DNA of 64,000 nucleotides, taken from assembly GCA_964291215.2 (NCBI GenBank), contig OZ219790.1, forward strand, positions 1,408,001 to 1,472,000, written 5' to 3'. Under the pieces are notes generated by a model. The model ran no database searches and was not told where the DNA came from. It saw only the letters and a list, made by a program, of their open reading frames with translations. This DNA comes from Alphaproteobacteria bacterium. Its GTDB lineage: Bacteria > Pseudomonadota > Alphaproteobacteria > MPNO01 > UBA830. Positions 34,355-44,674 of this stretch are shown in pieces; position 1 is the first letter of the stretch; every line of letters starts with the position of its first letter. Made by a program: the position numbers and the translations under genes.

Positions 34355-35812
34355 TCAGGAAAACGCCTCGGGGAACTTCTGTCGCACCTCGGCGGCCAGT
34401 TCGGGCGACGTCATCGCGACATCCGGAAAGTCGTCTATATGCTCGTAGGGAATGCAGGCATCGATGACAACCCTGCTGTTGTAGAGCCGGTCGTCGAAGA
34501 CCATCGTGTCGAGACGCGACGACCAGTTGCGGTCGAGCACCGTGAAGTCGCGCTTCGGATCAGACCGCGTTCCCATGGCCCAGATGACGTCGTTGATGTC
34601 GGTCGGATCGATGTCGTCGTCGACGACAACGATGTAGCGCCCGACATAGCCTGTCGGGTTGACCTGCGAGGCCACAAGCCCGACCTGGTTGGCATGGCCG
34701 AAATAGCGCTGCTTGATCGACACCGCGACGAAGGTACGGCCCGACCCGGCCTGATGGACCCAGACACCCTTGACGTCCGGAATGCCGGCGCCCTCGAGCG
34801 AATCGAGAAGCCCGGCCGAACGGATGAAGCAACGCTCGAACAGGTGCGAATGAGGCGGCTTCTGGCTAGCGGCGCAGGTCAGGATGGGATTGTCGCGATA
34901 ATAGGCCCGCTCGATATGGATCAGCGGTTCCTCCCGGGCGGCGCCGGCATAGTAGCCGGTCCATTCGCCGAACGGCCCCTCGAGCGCGGTCTCGTCCGCA
35001 GATACCCACCCCTCAAGCACCAGTTCCGAGCGGGCCGGGAACGGCAGTCCGGTAACCTCGCCCTCGACGCATTCGAGCGGCTGTCCCGCGAGACCGCCGG
35101 CCCAGTCGAGTTCAGGGACGTTATCGGCGAGCGTATAGCGCGCAGCGACATAAGTCGCCGGGTCGATGCCGACGACGATGACCATCGGGCATTTCCGGCC
35201 CTCGCTCAGATATTTGTCGCGATGGATCCGGCCCTGCTTGCCGTTCGAGATGTACGACGTGGCGAGGTTCCTGCCGTTGAGCATGACGCGGTAGGTGCCG
35301 ACATTGACGCGGCCGCTGTCGGGATCGCGGGTAACAACACCGCAGGCGGTTCCGATATAGCGCCCGCCGTCCTTCTCGTGGTGCACAGGCACGGGAAACT
35401 TCGCGAGATCGACATCATCGCCACGGTCGATGTTCTCGAGCACGGGACCGTCGGCGACGATGCGCGGCGGCATCGGCTCGTACTGGCGGATCCTCTTCCT
35501 GTAGAGGTCGAGCATGGCGCGCCGGTCGCCTGAGACAGATGGGTCGAGTCCGAGCGCGAGGGCGAGACGCAGCGGCGAACCCAGCATGCCATAGAGGCAG
35601 CGGAAGCCCTCCGGATAGTCCGTTACGCGGTCGAACAGCAACAGCGGCGAGCGGTCGACCTTCTCGCGATAGAGAACCTCGGTGACGGCGCCGATTTCCT
35701 TGTCCCAGTGAGCGCCGTCGACGGTCCGCAACTCGCCGCCATCGGCGACCGCGGCGAGGAAGTCGCGGAGATCGGTCTGCACCTGCCGGTTGGAGCCGGT
35801 CTGGCCTGTCAT
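34355..35812 (-). CDS. UbiD-family (prFMN-dependent) decarboxylase
   Basis: DGGRYIGT, NVGTYR, EGPFGEWTGYY, VVDDDIDP. Confidence 0.92.
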   Translation of the reverse strand: MTGQTGSNRQVQTDLRDFLAAVADGGELRTVDGAHWDKEIGAVTEVLYREKVDRSPLLLFDRVTDYPEGFRCLYGMLGSPLRLALALGLDPSVSGDRRAMLDLYRKRIRQYEPMPPRIVADGPVLENIDRGDDVDLAKFPVPVHHEKDGGRYIGTACGVVTRDPDSGRVNVGTYRVMLNGRNLATSYISNGKQGRIHRDKYLSEGRKCPMVIVVGIDPATYVAARYTLADNVPELDWAGGLAGQPLECVEGEVTGLPFPARSELVLEGWVSADETALEGPFGEWTGYYAGAAREEPLIHIERAYYRDNPILTCAASQKPPHSHLFERCFIRSAGLLDSLEGAGIPDVKGVWVHQAGSGRTFVAVSIKQRYFGHANQVGLVASQVNPTGYVGRYIVVVDDDIDPTDINDVIWAMGTRSDPKRDFTVLDRNWSSRLDTMVFDDRLYNSRVVIDACIPYEHIDDFPDVAMTSPELAAEVRQKFPEAFS

Positions 35813-35964
35813 TTCGTTCCTCCGTCCGCGCCGGCCGCACCACGGACGACCGAAAGGTTCCGCTGCAGAGCGGCCGGGCAGTTTCTCCCGGGATCGGACG
35901 GCGGCGCGGGACCGGCAGCGGGGCAAGCCGGGAGCCGCAGCGCGCCGCTCCCGGCCGGGTCAGG

Positions 35965-37473
35965 TCAGTCGCAGAGGTGGCCCCACTTCTCGCGCGATTC
36001 CTGGGCAATTTCCCGCGACGGCGCGTTCACCGGCGGAAACTCGTCCTTCCAGTGAAACGGGCGGCACGCGTCGATGATCGCACGGCTGTTGGTGAGGTTG
36101 CCCTTCTCCTTCTCCCACGGCGGAATCCGCGGATCAAGATGGGTGGACCAGGCATTGTGGATGATGTCGATCGACGTTGCCGGATCCGACCGCGTGAGCA
36201 TCGCCCAGATGAGTTCCTCGAGATCCGAGACGTCGACATCCTCGTCGGTGACGATGACGTACTTGCCGGCATAGGCGCCAACATGGCACTGGCAGGCGAT
36301 ATGGCCGGCCTGCCTAGCGTGGCCGGGATAACGCTGCTTGATCGAGACGCCGATCAGCATACGCGCAGTGCCGACCTCGTGAAGCCACGCCGCGGTGACG
36401 TCAGGCACGCCGGCCTTGGCGATGTTCTCCTTGAGGAGAGCCGAGCGCGTCACGGCACGGTAGCGCGCAAGCTCGTCAGGCGGACGCTGCGGCGGACAGC
36501 CGAGGAGGATGGGATTGTTGCGATAGTAGACCGCCTTGACTTCCATCACCGGCTCCTCGCGCATCAGCGAACCGTAATAGCCGGTCCACTCTCCGAAGGG
36601 GCCCTCAGGCCGCTTGTCAACCGGATGCACGAACCCCTCGAGCACGATTTCCGCGTCGGCGGGGAACGGAAGACCGGTATGCCGGCCCTCGATCATCTTC
36701 ATCGCCTTGCCGCGGAAGCCGCCAACGACATCGAACTCGCAGACGCCGGGCGGGACCTCGGAGCATCCCATCAGGAAGGTCATCGGATCGCCGCCGCAGA
36801 CGATGATCGCCGGCATCGGTTCGTTCCGCTGCTGGTACTTGTCGCGGTGGATGCGCCCGTGCTTGCCCGGCGAGATGTAGAAGCCAACCTCGTTCCTGCT
36901 GTGGACCATGACGCGGTAGGTGCCGATGTTGATCCAGCCGGTGTCCGGATCACGGGTCACATTGTAGGACCCGGTGCCGATGTAGCGGCCGCCATCCTGT
37001 TCGTGCCACATCGGGGTCGGGAAGGTCTCGACATCGATGTCGTCGCCCTCCATGACGTTTTCGAGGACAGGGCCGTCGGTGACGATCTCGTGCGGGATCT
37101 CGCGGAGATCCGCCATGTAGTTCTCGCGGAAGGAATCGGTGAGCTCGAGCTTCCGCATTTCGGCATCAAAGCCGAGCGTCATGTTGGCCCGCTTGCCGGC
37201 GAAGAAGTTGACCAGTACCCGCGAGCCGTCGAGCGATCCGGGAATGTTCTCGAAAACCACGCAGGGCGCCTTCTCGTCATGAAGCACCACTTCCGAGGCC
37301 ATGCCGATGTCGCGTTCCCAGGTCGCGCCCTCAACATGCTTCACCTCGCCAAGCTTCTCCGCTTCCTCAAGCCAGTCGCGAAGATTGTCGTACGGTATGC
37401 GAAGCTCGTTCGGGGCGAGGGCAACGGGCCCGCCGGACACCTTGCCAATCGCATTTCCCATATCGTCGGCCAT
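35965..37473 (-). CDS. UbiD-family (prFMN-dependent) decarboxylase
   Basis: DGGRYIGT, NIGTYR, EGPFGEWTGYY, VTDEDVD. Confidence 0.92.
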   Translation of the reverse strand: MADDMGNAIGKVSGGPVALAPNELRIPYDNLRDWLEEAEKLGEVKHVEGATWERDIGMASEVVLHDEKAPCVVFENIPGSLDGSRVLVNFFAGKRANMTLGFDAEMRKLELTDSFRENYMADLREIPHEIVTDGPVLENVMEGDDIDVETFPTPMWHEQDGGRYIGTGSYNVTRDPDTGWINIGTYRVMVHSRNEVGFYISPGKHGRIHRDKYQQRNEPMPAIIVCGGDPMTFLMGCSEVPPGVCEFDVVGGFRGKAMKMIEGRHTGLPFPADAEIVLEGFVHPVDKRPEGPFGEWTGYYGSLMREEPVMEVKAVYYRNNPILLGCPPQRPPDELARYRAVTRSALLKENIAKAGVPDVTAAWLHEVGTARMLIGVSIKQRYPGHARQAGHIACQCHVGAYAGKYVIVTDEDVDVSDLEELIWAMLTRSDPATSIDIIHNAWSTHLDPRIPPWEKEKGNLTNSRAIIDACRPFHWKDEFPPVNAPSREIAQESREKWGHLCD

Positions 37474-37675
37474 TAGCCTGTTTCCTTCTGCTGATTTGCT
37501 GATGATTGCCGGATAGCGACTGCGGTTGCCGCCCGCCACGCAATGTCCTGCTGACCACTGCCGATAATACGGCGATCCGCCCCGCAGCACAAACCGGCAC
37601 CCCATGATCAATGACGGATCACGGGGTGTGCGGGTCCCGGATGGCAGCGGACGCAGGCATGAATCGGCCCGGGGG

Positions 37676-38377
37676 TCACCGGGCCTCACGCGCCCTTATC
37701 GCATGGAAGAGATGGGTTACTAATGCGGCGCCGAAGACGGGCGCCAGCAAGTTAATCACTGGAATCATCATCATGAAGGTGATCGCGACACCGGCCACGA
37801 ACAGCGGACGGCGATGTGATTTCCGCCAGTCCGCGGCCTGTGCCGGCGGCAACCGCCGCAGAATCACGATGTCGGCATATTCCCGCCCCACGAGCCAGCC
37901 GTTGAGCAGGTAGAACAGCGTCAGGCTCACCACCGGAACCAGGAGCCCGACAAGGTAGACCGGGGCGGCAAAGAGGTTGACGGCGACGAGAAGCGCGGTA
38001 AAGCGGATACTGGCGGCAACGCTGTCGGTCAGCCCGAGCCCCGGAACCGGAGGCAGCTCCGGATAGTTGATCTCCTCGACGCGGGCGACGACGCGATCGA
38101 GAAAGAACGCAGCGACATTCTGCGCGACGACGACAAAGCAGAACCACAACAGCATCGCGAAACCGGCCACCGCGAGAAGGCCGGCGATGACGCTGGCCAG
38201 CCAGCCCGGCAGCAGGCCCGCCGCCCACGCTCCGGGATCGAGGCTGTCAACGCCGACAAACAGCAGCGCGAGCACCGCAGCGAACAGAGCCATGGTCCAG
38301 AGCACGATTGCCATGAGGACGGCGCGTATCCGGGCGTCGCGCAAGTCGGCAATCCCGCGAACAAGTGCTCTGATCAT
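37676..38377 (-). CDS. EI24/CysZ-domain membrane protein
   Basis: FFLDRVVARVEEINYP, NGWLVGREY, IPVINLLAPV. Confidence 0.85.
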   Translation of the reverse strand: MIRALVRGIADLRDARIRAVLMAIVLWTMALFAAVLALLFVGVDSLDPGAWAAGLLPGWLASVIAGLLAVAGFAMLLWFCFVVVAQNVAAFFLDRVVARVEEINYPELPPVPGLGLTDSVAASIRFTALLVAVNLFAAPVYLVGLLVPVVSLTLFYLLNGWLVGREYADIVILRRLPPAQAADWRKSHRRPLFVAGVAITFMMMIPVINLLAPVFGAALVTHLFHAIRAREAR

Positions 38378-38540
38378 GACCCTTCACTCGTCGTGTACAC
38401 GCTATTCCTGCGCCGCCAGGCGCCGACCCCGGACAGCGGCCGGCGAATCCGTTCCAATCCGCTGCACCATGTCATACCCTGTCCGGGCCCCGGGCACTTC
38501 CCGGCCCGATGAGCGATGCCCGACAGCCGACGAGGACAAC

Positions 38541-40367
38541 ATGCACGACCATCCGGACGATTTTTCCCGCCACGAAGCTCCCGTCAACCTGCCGTCCAAC
38601 AGGGCGGACCCCGAATATGTTTCGGACGCCATAGCGGAGCTGCTTGGCGCGATGGATTTCGGGTATGTGTTCCTTCTTCCCGGCGCAAGCTACCGGGGCC
38701 TGCACGACTCCCTGGTCAATCACAACCGCAACCTGAACCCGCAGATCATTCTTGCAACCAGCGAACTCTCGGCCGCATCGATGGCGCACGGCTACGCCAA
38801 GGCCGCCGGCAAGCCGTCGCTCTGCATACTGCACGACCTCGTCGGCGTCATGAACGGCTCCATGGGCCTCTACAACGCCTGGTGCGACCGCGCGCCCGTG
38901 GTCTTCCTCGGCGGCGCGGGACCGCTCGATCCCGACCGGAGGCGGTTCATCGACTGGGTCCATTCCGCAAGCACCCAGTCCGATATCGTCAAGAAGTGGG
39001 TGAAGTGGGCCGACGAGCCTCCGACCGCCAACACCATGCTCAAATCCATTCTCCGCGGCCGCAAGATCGCCGCCACCCCGCCGGCCGGGCCCGTTTACGT
39101 CTCCATCGACAGCCACGTCCAGGAGGAGCCCGCCGGCGAAGACATCGAGATGCCAGATCCGGGCCTTGCGCGTTTCGACCCGCCGGCGCCGATGGCGCCG
39201 AACGCCGAGGCCCTTGCCCGGGCTTCCCGATGGATCGCCGGTGCAGAATTTCCCGTAATCGTCGGCGGACGCCTCGGAATCCACGAGAGAATGCGCGCAC
39301 CCCTGATCGAGCTTCTCGACCTGTCCGGCGCCGGCGGCCTCAACGACCGCGCCGTCTTCTGCTGGCCGAGCGATCATCCGCAGAACCTCTCGGGCGACCG
39401 CAACGCGCTTCTTGAAGCGGACGTGGTGGTGTGCATCGATGTCATCGACATCAACCAGACGATGGGGGCCTACGCGGTTCGCAGGCGGTCGGACCAACTC
39501 GAGGCGAGGCAGAAGCCGCCGCCGAGGGTTGTCGACCTCTCGCTCAATGCCGTAGATCACACATCCTGGTCAGGTTTCGGCGGGCCGGTTCCGCCGATCG
39601 ACCTGCAGATTGCCTGCGAGCCCGAGCACGGGCTGCGGTGCCTGATCGCGGAGCTGAAGACGGCGATCGGAGAGAGCGCCACCGCCGAGGCACGCATGGT
39701 GGAGCGCAAGGAGAGGCTGGCAGCGCGCCACGACGCGTTGCGCGCAGCCCAGGCCGAGGCGGCGCAAACCGGCTGGGATTCGTCGCCGCTGAAGATCGAG
39801 CGCATGATCCACGAGGTCTATCAGGCGGTGAAAGACCGGCCCTGGCTGCTCGCAACCGCCAACCACCGCAGTTTCAGCGAGGCGGTATGGAGTTTTCCGG
39901 GCGCCGGCGCCTACCTTGGCGCCGACGGCGGGGGCGGCGTCGGCTACAATGCGTCCGCAGCGATTGGCGCCGCGCTCGCCTGCCGCAGCCAGGGCCGCTT
40001 CTGCGTCGCGATCGGTGGAGACGGAGACTACCTGATGGCGCCCGGCTGCATATGGACGGCCGCCCATTACGGCATTCCGCTCCTCTACGTGATCAACAAC
40101 AACTCGACCTGGGGCAATGACGAGGTGCACCAGATGGAGGTTGCACACAATCGAAGTCGACCGTCCGAAAACGCCTGGATCGGCCAGGCGATGCGCGATC
40201 CGGCGATCAATTTCGCCAAAGTCGCGCGCGGTTTCGGGGCTTGGGCCGAGGGTCCCGTCAGCGACCCGGACAGCCTCGCCCGGGCACTTGGCGAAGCCGT
40301 GCGCGAAGTCGAGAAAGGGCGCGTCGCGGTGCTCGACGTCGCCACGAGCCTGGGTGCCATCTCGTAG
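38541..40367 (+). CDS. Thiamine-diphosphate-binding enzyme (ALS/benzoylformate decarboxylase-like)
   Basis: PGASYRGLHDSLVN, E..AASMAHGYAK, GDGD...NNS motif. Confidence 0.9.
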   Translation: MHDHPDDFSRHEAPVNLPSNRADPEYVSDAIAELLGAMDFGYVFLLPGASYRGLHDSLVNHNRNLNPQIILATSELSAASMAHGYAKAAGKPSLCILHDLVGVMNGSMGLYNAWCDRAPVVFLGGAGPLDPDRRRFIDWVHSASTQSDIVKKWVKWADEPPTANTMLKSILRGRKIAATPPAGPVYVSIDSHVQEEPAGEDIEMPDPGLARFDPPAPMAPNAEALARASRWIAGAEFPVIVGGRLGIHERMRAPLIELLDLSGAGGLNDRAVFCWPSDHPQNLSGDRNALLEADVVVCIDVIDINQTMGAYAVRRRSDQLEARQKPPPRVVDLSLNAVDHTSWSGFGGPVPPIDLQIACEPEHGLRCLIAELKTAIGESATAEARMVERKERLAARHDALRAAQAEAAQTGWDSSPLKIERMIHEVYQAVKDRPWLLATANHRSFSEAVWSFPGAGAYLGADGGGGVGYNASAAIGAALACRSQGRFCVAIGGDGDYLMAPGCIWTAAHYGIPLLYVINNNSTWGNDEVHQMEVAHNRSRPSENAWIGQAMRDPAINFAKVARGFGAWAEGPVSDPDSLARALGEAVREVEKGRVAVLDVATSLGAIS

Positions 40368-40397
40368 CGCGCCCCCAGCTGGCGGGTCCGCTCCCGA

Positions 40398-41384
40398 TCA
40401 TTGCAGCAGATCGTCCTCGCCGGCGATGAAACGCGGCTCCTCGCCGACAAGCAGCCGGCGCGCGTTCTCGGCGCCGCGGCGGACAAACCCGGCGATGGCG
40501 CCATCGGTCATCGCCGAATTGTGCGGCGATGCGATCACGTTGGGTTGCTCAAGGAACGGATAGTCAAGCGCGAACCGGCCGTGGCGGATCGGCTCGACCC
40601 ACCAGGCCTCGAGACAGGCGGTGAATTCCGGCTGCGCCTGCAGGTGACGGTACAGGGCCCCCTGATCGACGATCTCGCCGCGCGCGACATTGACGAGGAT
40701 GGCGTCCCGCTTCATGCGCCCGAGACGGGCGGCATCGAGAATTCCCTCGGTCCGCCGCGTCAACGCCACCGTGATCACGAGGATGTCCGAGGCCTCCAGC
40801 ACCCGGTCAAGATCGTCGAGCGTGCCAATGAAATCGACCGGATCCTCCGTTCTCCCGGACCGGTTGAGCGCCTGGATCCGGACATCGAGGTGCCGCATGA
40901 GCCGTGCGACCTCGCGACCGGTCTGGCCGTAACCGAGAATGCCGCAGACCCGGCCGGCGAGACGCTTCGTCGACTTGAACTGGTTGAACTTGCCGCCACG
41001 CATCGCCTCGTGTTCCTGTGGCAGGCGCTTTGCCGCACTCAGGGCCATGGCCAGCACATGCTCGGCCATCGGTTCGGCATAAGCACCGGCGTTGTAGGCC
41101 ACCGAGATATGGCCGGGCCAGGAACGGAGCGGCAGGAAGTCAATCCCCGCGGTCAGGCACTGGAGGAGCCGGCAGTTGTCGAGCCTGCCAATGGCGTCAC
41201 TGCCGAGATCGGTGAAAGGATCGTAGCTCAGCAGAACGTCACTCGCGCGAAGGACGGCGTCGCGATCGCTATCCTTCTCGTCAGGCCAGTAGCGAATCTC
41301 GGCGATGTCCGCCAGCGCGTCCGCTATCGCTGCGCGCTCCGCCGCTCTGGCGGCGAAGGTCACGAGCACCGTCGGGCGCGTCAT
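40398..41384 (-). CDS. D-2-hydroxyacid dehydrogenase family protein
   Basis: AEHVLA, GILGYGQTG, VNVARG, SPHNS. Confidence 0.9.
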   Translation of the reverse strand: MTRPTVLVTFAARAAERAAIADALADIAEIRYWPDEKDSDRDAVLRASDVLLSYDPFTDLGSDAIGRLDNCRLLQCLTAGIDFLPLRSWPGHISVAYNAGAYAEPMAEHVLAMALSAAKRLPQEHEAMRGGKFNQFKSTKRLAGRVCGILGYGQTGREVARLMRHLDVRIQALNRSGRTEDPVDFIGTLDDLDRVLEASDILVITVALTRRTEGILDAARLGRMKRDAILVNVARGEIVDQGALYRHLQAQPEFTACLEAWWVEPIRHGRFALDYPFLEQPNVIASPHNSAMTDGAIAGFVRRGAENARRLLVGEEPRFIAGEDDLLQ

Positions 41385-41484
41385 GGCGCAATCCGGCCCC
41401 GATCCGGCTTCGCAGGCGGGCGTGCGGCCGCACCGAGCATCGCGTCCAAGTCTTGACTTTCCATCTCTTCCTGATCCCTCCGGC

Positions 41485-42577
41485 TCAGTCGCGAATGTCC
41501 TGTAGGAACCACTCGGTGGGAATCGTCCGGCCGCGCCCTTCGGCGAGCGCCTTGCGATAGACAAGGCCGCCGACCGCGACGAACCGGAGGCCCTGGTTGC
41601 CGACATTCTGGTAGAAGGTGATTTCGGTTTCGGAACTCCGTCCCGGCGACGAGGTCGCAATAATCGGGATAGGCCATCCGAAAATTGCTCCGCCCGCGGC
41701 TCTGCAGCGGCAGGCGCCGCATCTCGTCGTCGGTGCCCGCGATGAAGGCCATCGGCGAATGGCCTACGCCGCTTTTCAGGCGTGTGCCTCCCTTGACCTC
41801 GATTCCCGGAGTTCCCTGGCGAATTCGAACGTCTAAGCGCTCGAGCGCGGCGCGGCTGATCTCGTCCGGGCCGAGATTGGTGACGTGCATGCCGGGCTCT
41901 AGCCAGTCCGCCTCGAAAGTGGGCTCCATCGAATCCGTCGCAGGCGCGAGAATATCGACGCCGCGCACCGCTTCGCGGGCGCTGTCGACCGGCACGACCT
42001 CGACTCCGAGTTCGCCGCCCATCTCCTCGGCGAAACGCTCGCGGTTTGCCGGCGTCGGGCTGTAGACCTTCACGCTCTCGATTCTGCGCACGGCGCAAAA
42101 TGCCTCGAGGTAGGTGTGCGCCATGCCTCCCGAACCGAGCAGGCCGACGACGCCGGAATCGCTCCGCGACAGATGGCGCACACCGATCCCGGCCCCGCCA
42201 CCTACCCGCACGTGCTGGATCACACCGTCATCGATCACGGCCAAGGGCTCGCCGTTCCGGATCGAGAACAGGGCGTCGAGCCCGCAATGGGTTCCCGGCT
42301 CGACGCAGTACTTGTCCTTGCTCCAGCGTCCCGAGGCATCGCGCGGCCAGGTGATGACGTCGGACTTCATGCGGATCGCGAAGATTCCGTCGAAGACGCC
42401 TTCCATGGTGCCCCAGCGATAGTCTCCGTCATCGCGTTCGCACGGCGCGTACATGTCGAGGCGGGGCCGGTAAGCAGCGTTTCCGGACGGGATCGCGCAG
42501 AAGGCCTGCTCCTGGACGTCTATGCAATCCTCTATCGAGAGGAGTTCGGCAACAAGGGCATTGTCGATTATCAGCAT
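41485..42577 (-). pseudogene. Ornithine cyclodeaminase/mu-crystallin family, frameshifted near 41635
   Basis: GLLGSGGMA, VYSPT, EPGMHV; the C-terminus ITFYQNVGNQGLRF...EWFLQDIRD* is in a different frame. Confidence 0.8.
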
Positions 42578-42729
42578 GACGCCTCCTGCATCGGTTCAGG
42601 GGCCGGTACGCACCGGAAATCAGGCACCGGCCGCAGACGCGGCTCGGGCAGCGCCGACGATCCCGTGTGATACGGCTGCGACAGGATACTCCATAGTCGG
42701 AGTGGAGACAGGCCGCGCGGCGCGCCTTT

Positions 42730-43719
42730 CTATACCCGGAATTCGCTCTGCACCTCTTCGGGGAAGAGCTCTTCGACCGCGACCCGGCGGCGGCAGACGC
42801 CCTGCTCGAAACCGTACTGCAGGAACGCCTCGAGTGTGGTGCGGTTCTTCTCTATGCCGTAGGGAAAGAAATCACCGCCGAACAGGCGTTGGGCGCGGCG
42901 CGCGCTCTCATAGCACCAGGCGAAGGGCAGGCGTGTGGCGGTGATCTCGAGGGCGCGGGCCATGGCGCGGTTCTTCGCCTCCTCGAAGGCCTTGAAGAGA
43001 TTCATCGCGATCCAGCGATTGGCGTGGAACACGTCCCCGCGAATCGCGATGACATGCATGATCGGAAAGATCCCGGTGTCGCGATAATAGGCCTCCTCGA
43101 TCTCCTGATAATCCGCATAGAGATGGACTATCTCGTCGCTGCCGTCCTCGACCGGCGCCGGCGGATGGGCAGCCATGACGCAGTCGATCTCGCCGGAGAG
43201 AAGCAGGTCGGTCAGCGACCGGTCGGGGCGCGGCGTGTAAGAGACCCCGTCGGGAAGATGCAGCTGCACCTTCTCCTGACGCCCCGGCTGGTTGACGCCG
43301 GCCTGCACCCATTCGATCTCCTGGAGCGGGATGCCGACATTGTGGACGAGCCAGCCGCGGGTGTAGATCGATGCCGTTTGCGCCCATTCCGGAATGCCGA
43401 GCCTCTTGCCGCGAAGGTCGCCGGCATCCTTGATCGCGCTTCCCGCCGGCACAAAGAGCGACGACTGGCGGAACACGCGCGACGGGAACACCGGAATGGC
43501 GGTGACGCTGTCGTCGTCCTGGGACTTGAGCGCGATATACTTGCCGAACGACATCTCGGAGACGTCCCATTCCCGGAACTTGGTGAACCGGTAGAATGTC
43601 TCCTCGATTTGCAGGTTGAGGTAGCGGAGGTCTATGCCCTCGGCGCCAATGTCGCCGCGGGTCAGGTCCCGCATGTGCTCGTAGTCGCTGCCCGCGAAGG
43701 TAAGCGTCAGTGCGTTCAT
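42730..43719 (-). CDS. 4,5-dihydroxyphthalate decarboxylase-like protein (SBP fold)
   Basis: DVSEMS, IPVFPSRVFRQS, GIPEWAQTA, TGIFPIMH, PYGIEKNR. Confidence 0.85.
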   Translation of the reverse strand: MNALTLTFAGSDYEHMRDLTRGDIGAEGIDLRYLNLQIEETFYRFTKFREWDVSEMSFGKYIALKSQDDDSVTAIPVFPSRVFRQSSLFVPAGSAIKDAGDLRGKRLGIPEWAQTASIYTRGWLVHNVGIPLQEIEWVQAGVNQPGRQEKVQLHLPDGVSYTPRPDRSLTDLLLSGEIDCVMAAHPPAPVEDGSDEIVHLYADYQEIEEAYYRDTGIFPIMHVIAIRGDVFHANRWIAMNLFKAFEEAKNRAMARALEITATRLPFAWCYESARRAQRLFGGDFFPYGIEKNRTTLEAFLQYGFEQGVCRRRVAVEELFPEEVQSEFRV

Positions 43720-43798
43720 TAAAGGACCTCCCTCCTTGTCAAGATTGCGAAGGGCCTGACGCCCACCGTCATCCGCGGTGCCACAGGAAGAGCGGCAG

Positions 43799-44545
43799 TC
43801 AGGCCACCTTCCTGCGCCAGCGCATCTGCCTGTCCATCTCGTCGCCGGCCTTGGCGATACCGTCGAGATAGTGCTCCCAAACCATCAGATTCTCCTCGCA
43901 GGCATCCACGACCTCGTCCTCCATGCGAAGCTTGCTCGCATACTTGGCGACCGTCTGCCATCCGAGGTTCGAGTGCTTGATATCGGCCTCGGAATGCATG
44001 CCGAAGAACAAGCGTTGCTCCTCGTTGAGACCGAACATCTTGCCCCAGCGACGATTCTCGTTGCCGAACCAGCCCTTTTTGCGGACTTCGCCGTTGCCGT
44101 AGCCCGGGATGTTGGAGCGCTCGGCGCAGGTGTTGGCCATCAAGCCGAGCAGCCAGTGCCGGTTGCTCATCAGGCCGTCCCAAGCGCGCCAGGCGAGACG
44201 GGTCGACGGCAGGAGCGGCGCGCCGATGATGTCCTCTCGCTCCATCCCGCAATCGACGCCGAGATCCTCGAGCACCTTCCAGTGTGGACGCCCGTCGCCA
44301 TGCTCGACATCGGAGACGATCTCTTCGACACAGGCCTCGAGAATGCCGAGCTTCACATCCCACTCGGGACAGTTGGTCGCGACCCGCAGCTTGAGGACGG
44401 AATTGCGCTGCCGCGTGTTCTGACGGTGCTGCATCACGAATGTGTAGGCCCGGCCCTTGGTCAGCGGCTGGTTGATCAGGGCAACGCGTTTCGAATAGTC
44501 GTCGACGACCCTGTCGAGTTCGGCAATCACGGTCTTGGCGCTCAT
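43799..44545 (-). CDS. Heme-oxygenase-like diiron (PqqC/CADD-like) redox enzyme
   Basis: Helical protein with a candidate metal-ligand pattern: EE...H, E, and HxxxDxxH (HSEADIKH). Confidence 0.7.
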   Translation of the reverse strand: MSAKTVIAELDRVVDDYSKRVALINQPLTKGRAYTFVMQHRQNTRQRNSVLKLRVATNCPEWDVKLGILEACVEEIVSDVEHGDGRPHWKVLEDLGVDCGMEREDIIGAPLLPSTRLAWRAWDGLMSNRHWLLGLMANTCAERSNIPGYGNGEVRKKGWFGNENRRWGKMFGLNEEQRLFFGMHSEADIKHSNLGWQTVAKYASKLRMEDEVVDACEENLMVWEHYLDGIAKAGDEMDRQMRWRRKVA

Positions 44546-44637
44546 GCTGACGCTCCTCCTTGTCCGATGTTGGTAACGGGCTCCGAATCTATCCTCGAAG
44601 GACGGCTGCGTTCAAACACTGTCCGGCAATATGAGAT

Positions 44638-44652
44638 ATATCGAAATCCTAT
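44638..44652. promoter_or_regulatory. LysR/Nac-type box ATA-N9-TAT upstream of the diiron enzyme gene
   Basis: ATAtcgaaatccTAT in an AT-rich intergenic patch. Confidence 0.5.
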
Positions 44653-44674
44653 ACCAGGGCGTTCGACAGTCGAT

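Noticed and set aside
41600-41660. Programmed frameshift in the OCD-like gene
   Set aside because: No slippery heptamer is evident; it looks like a small deletion or a sequence error.
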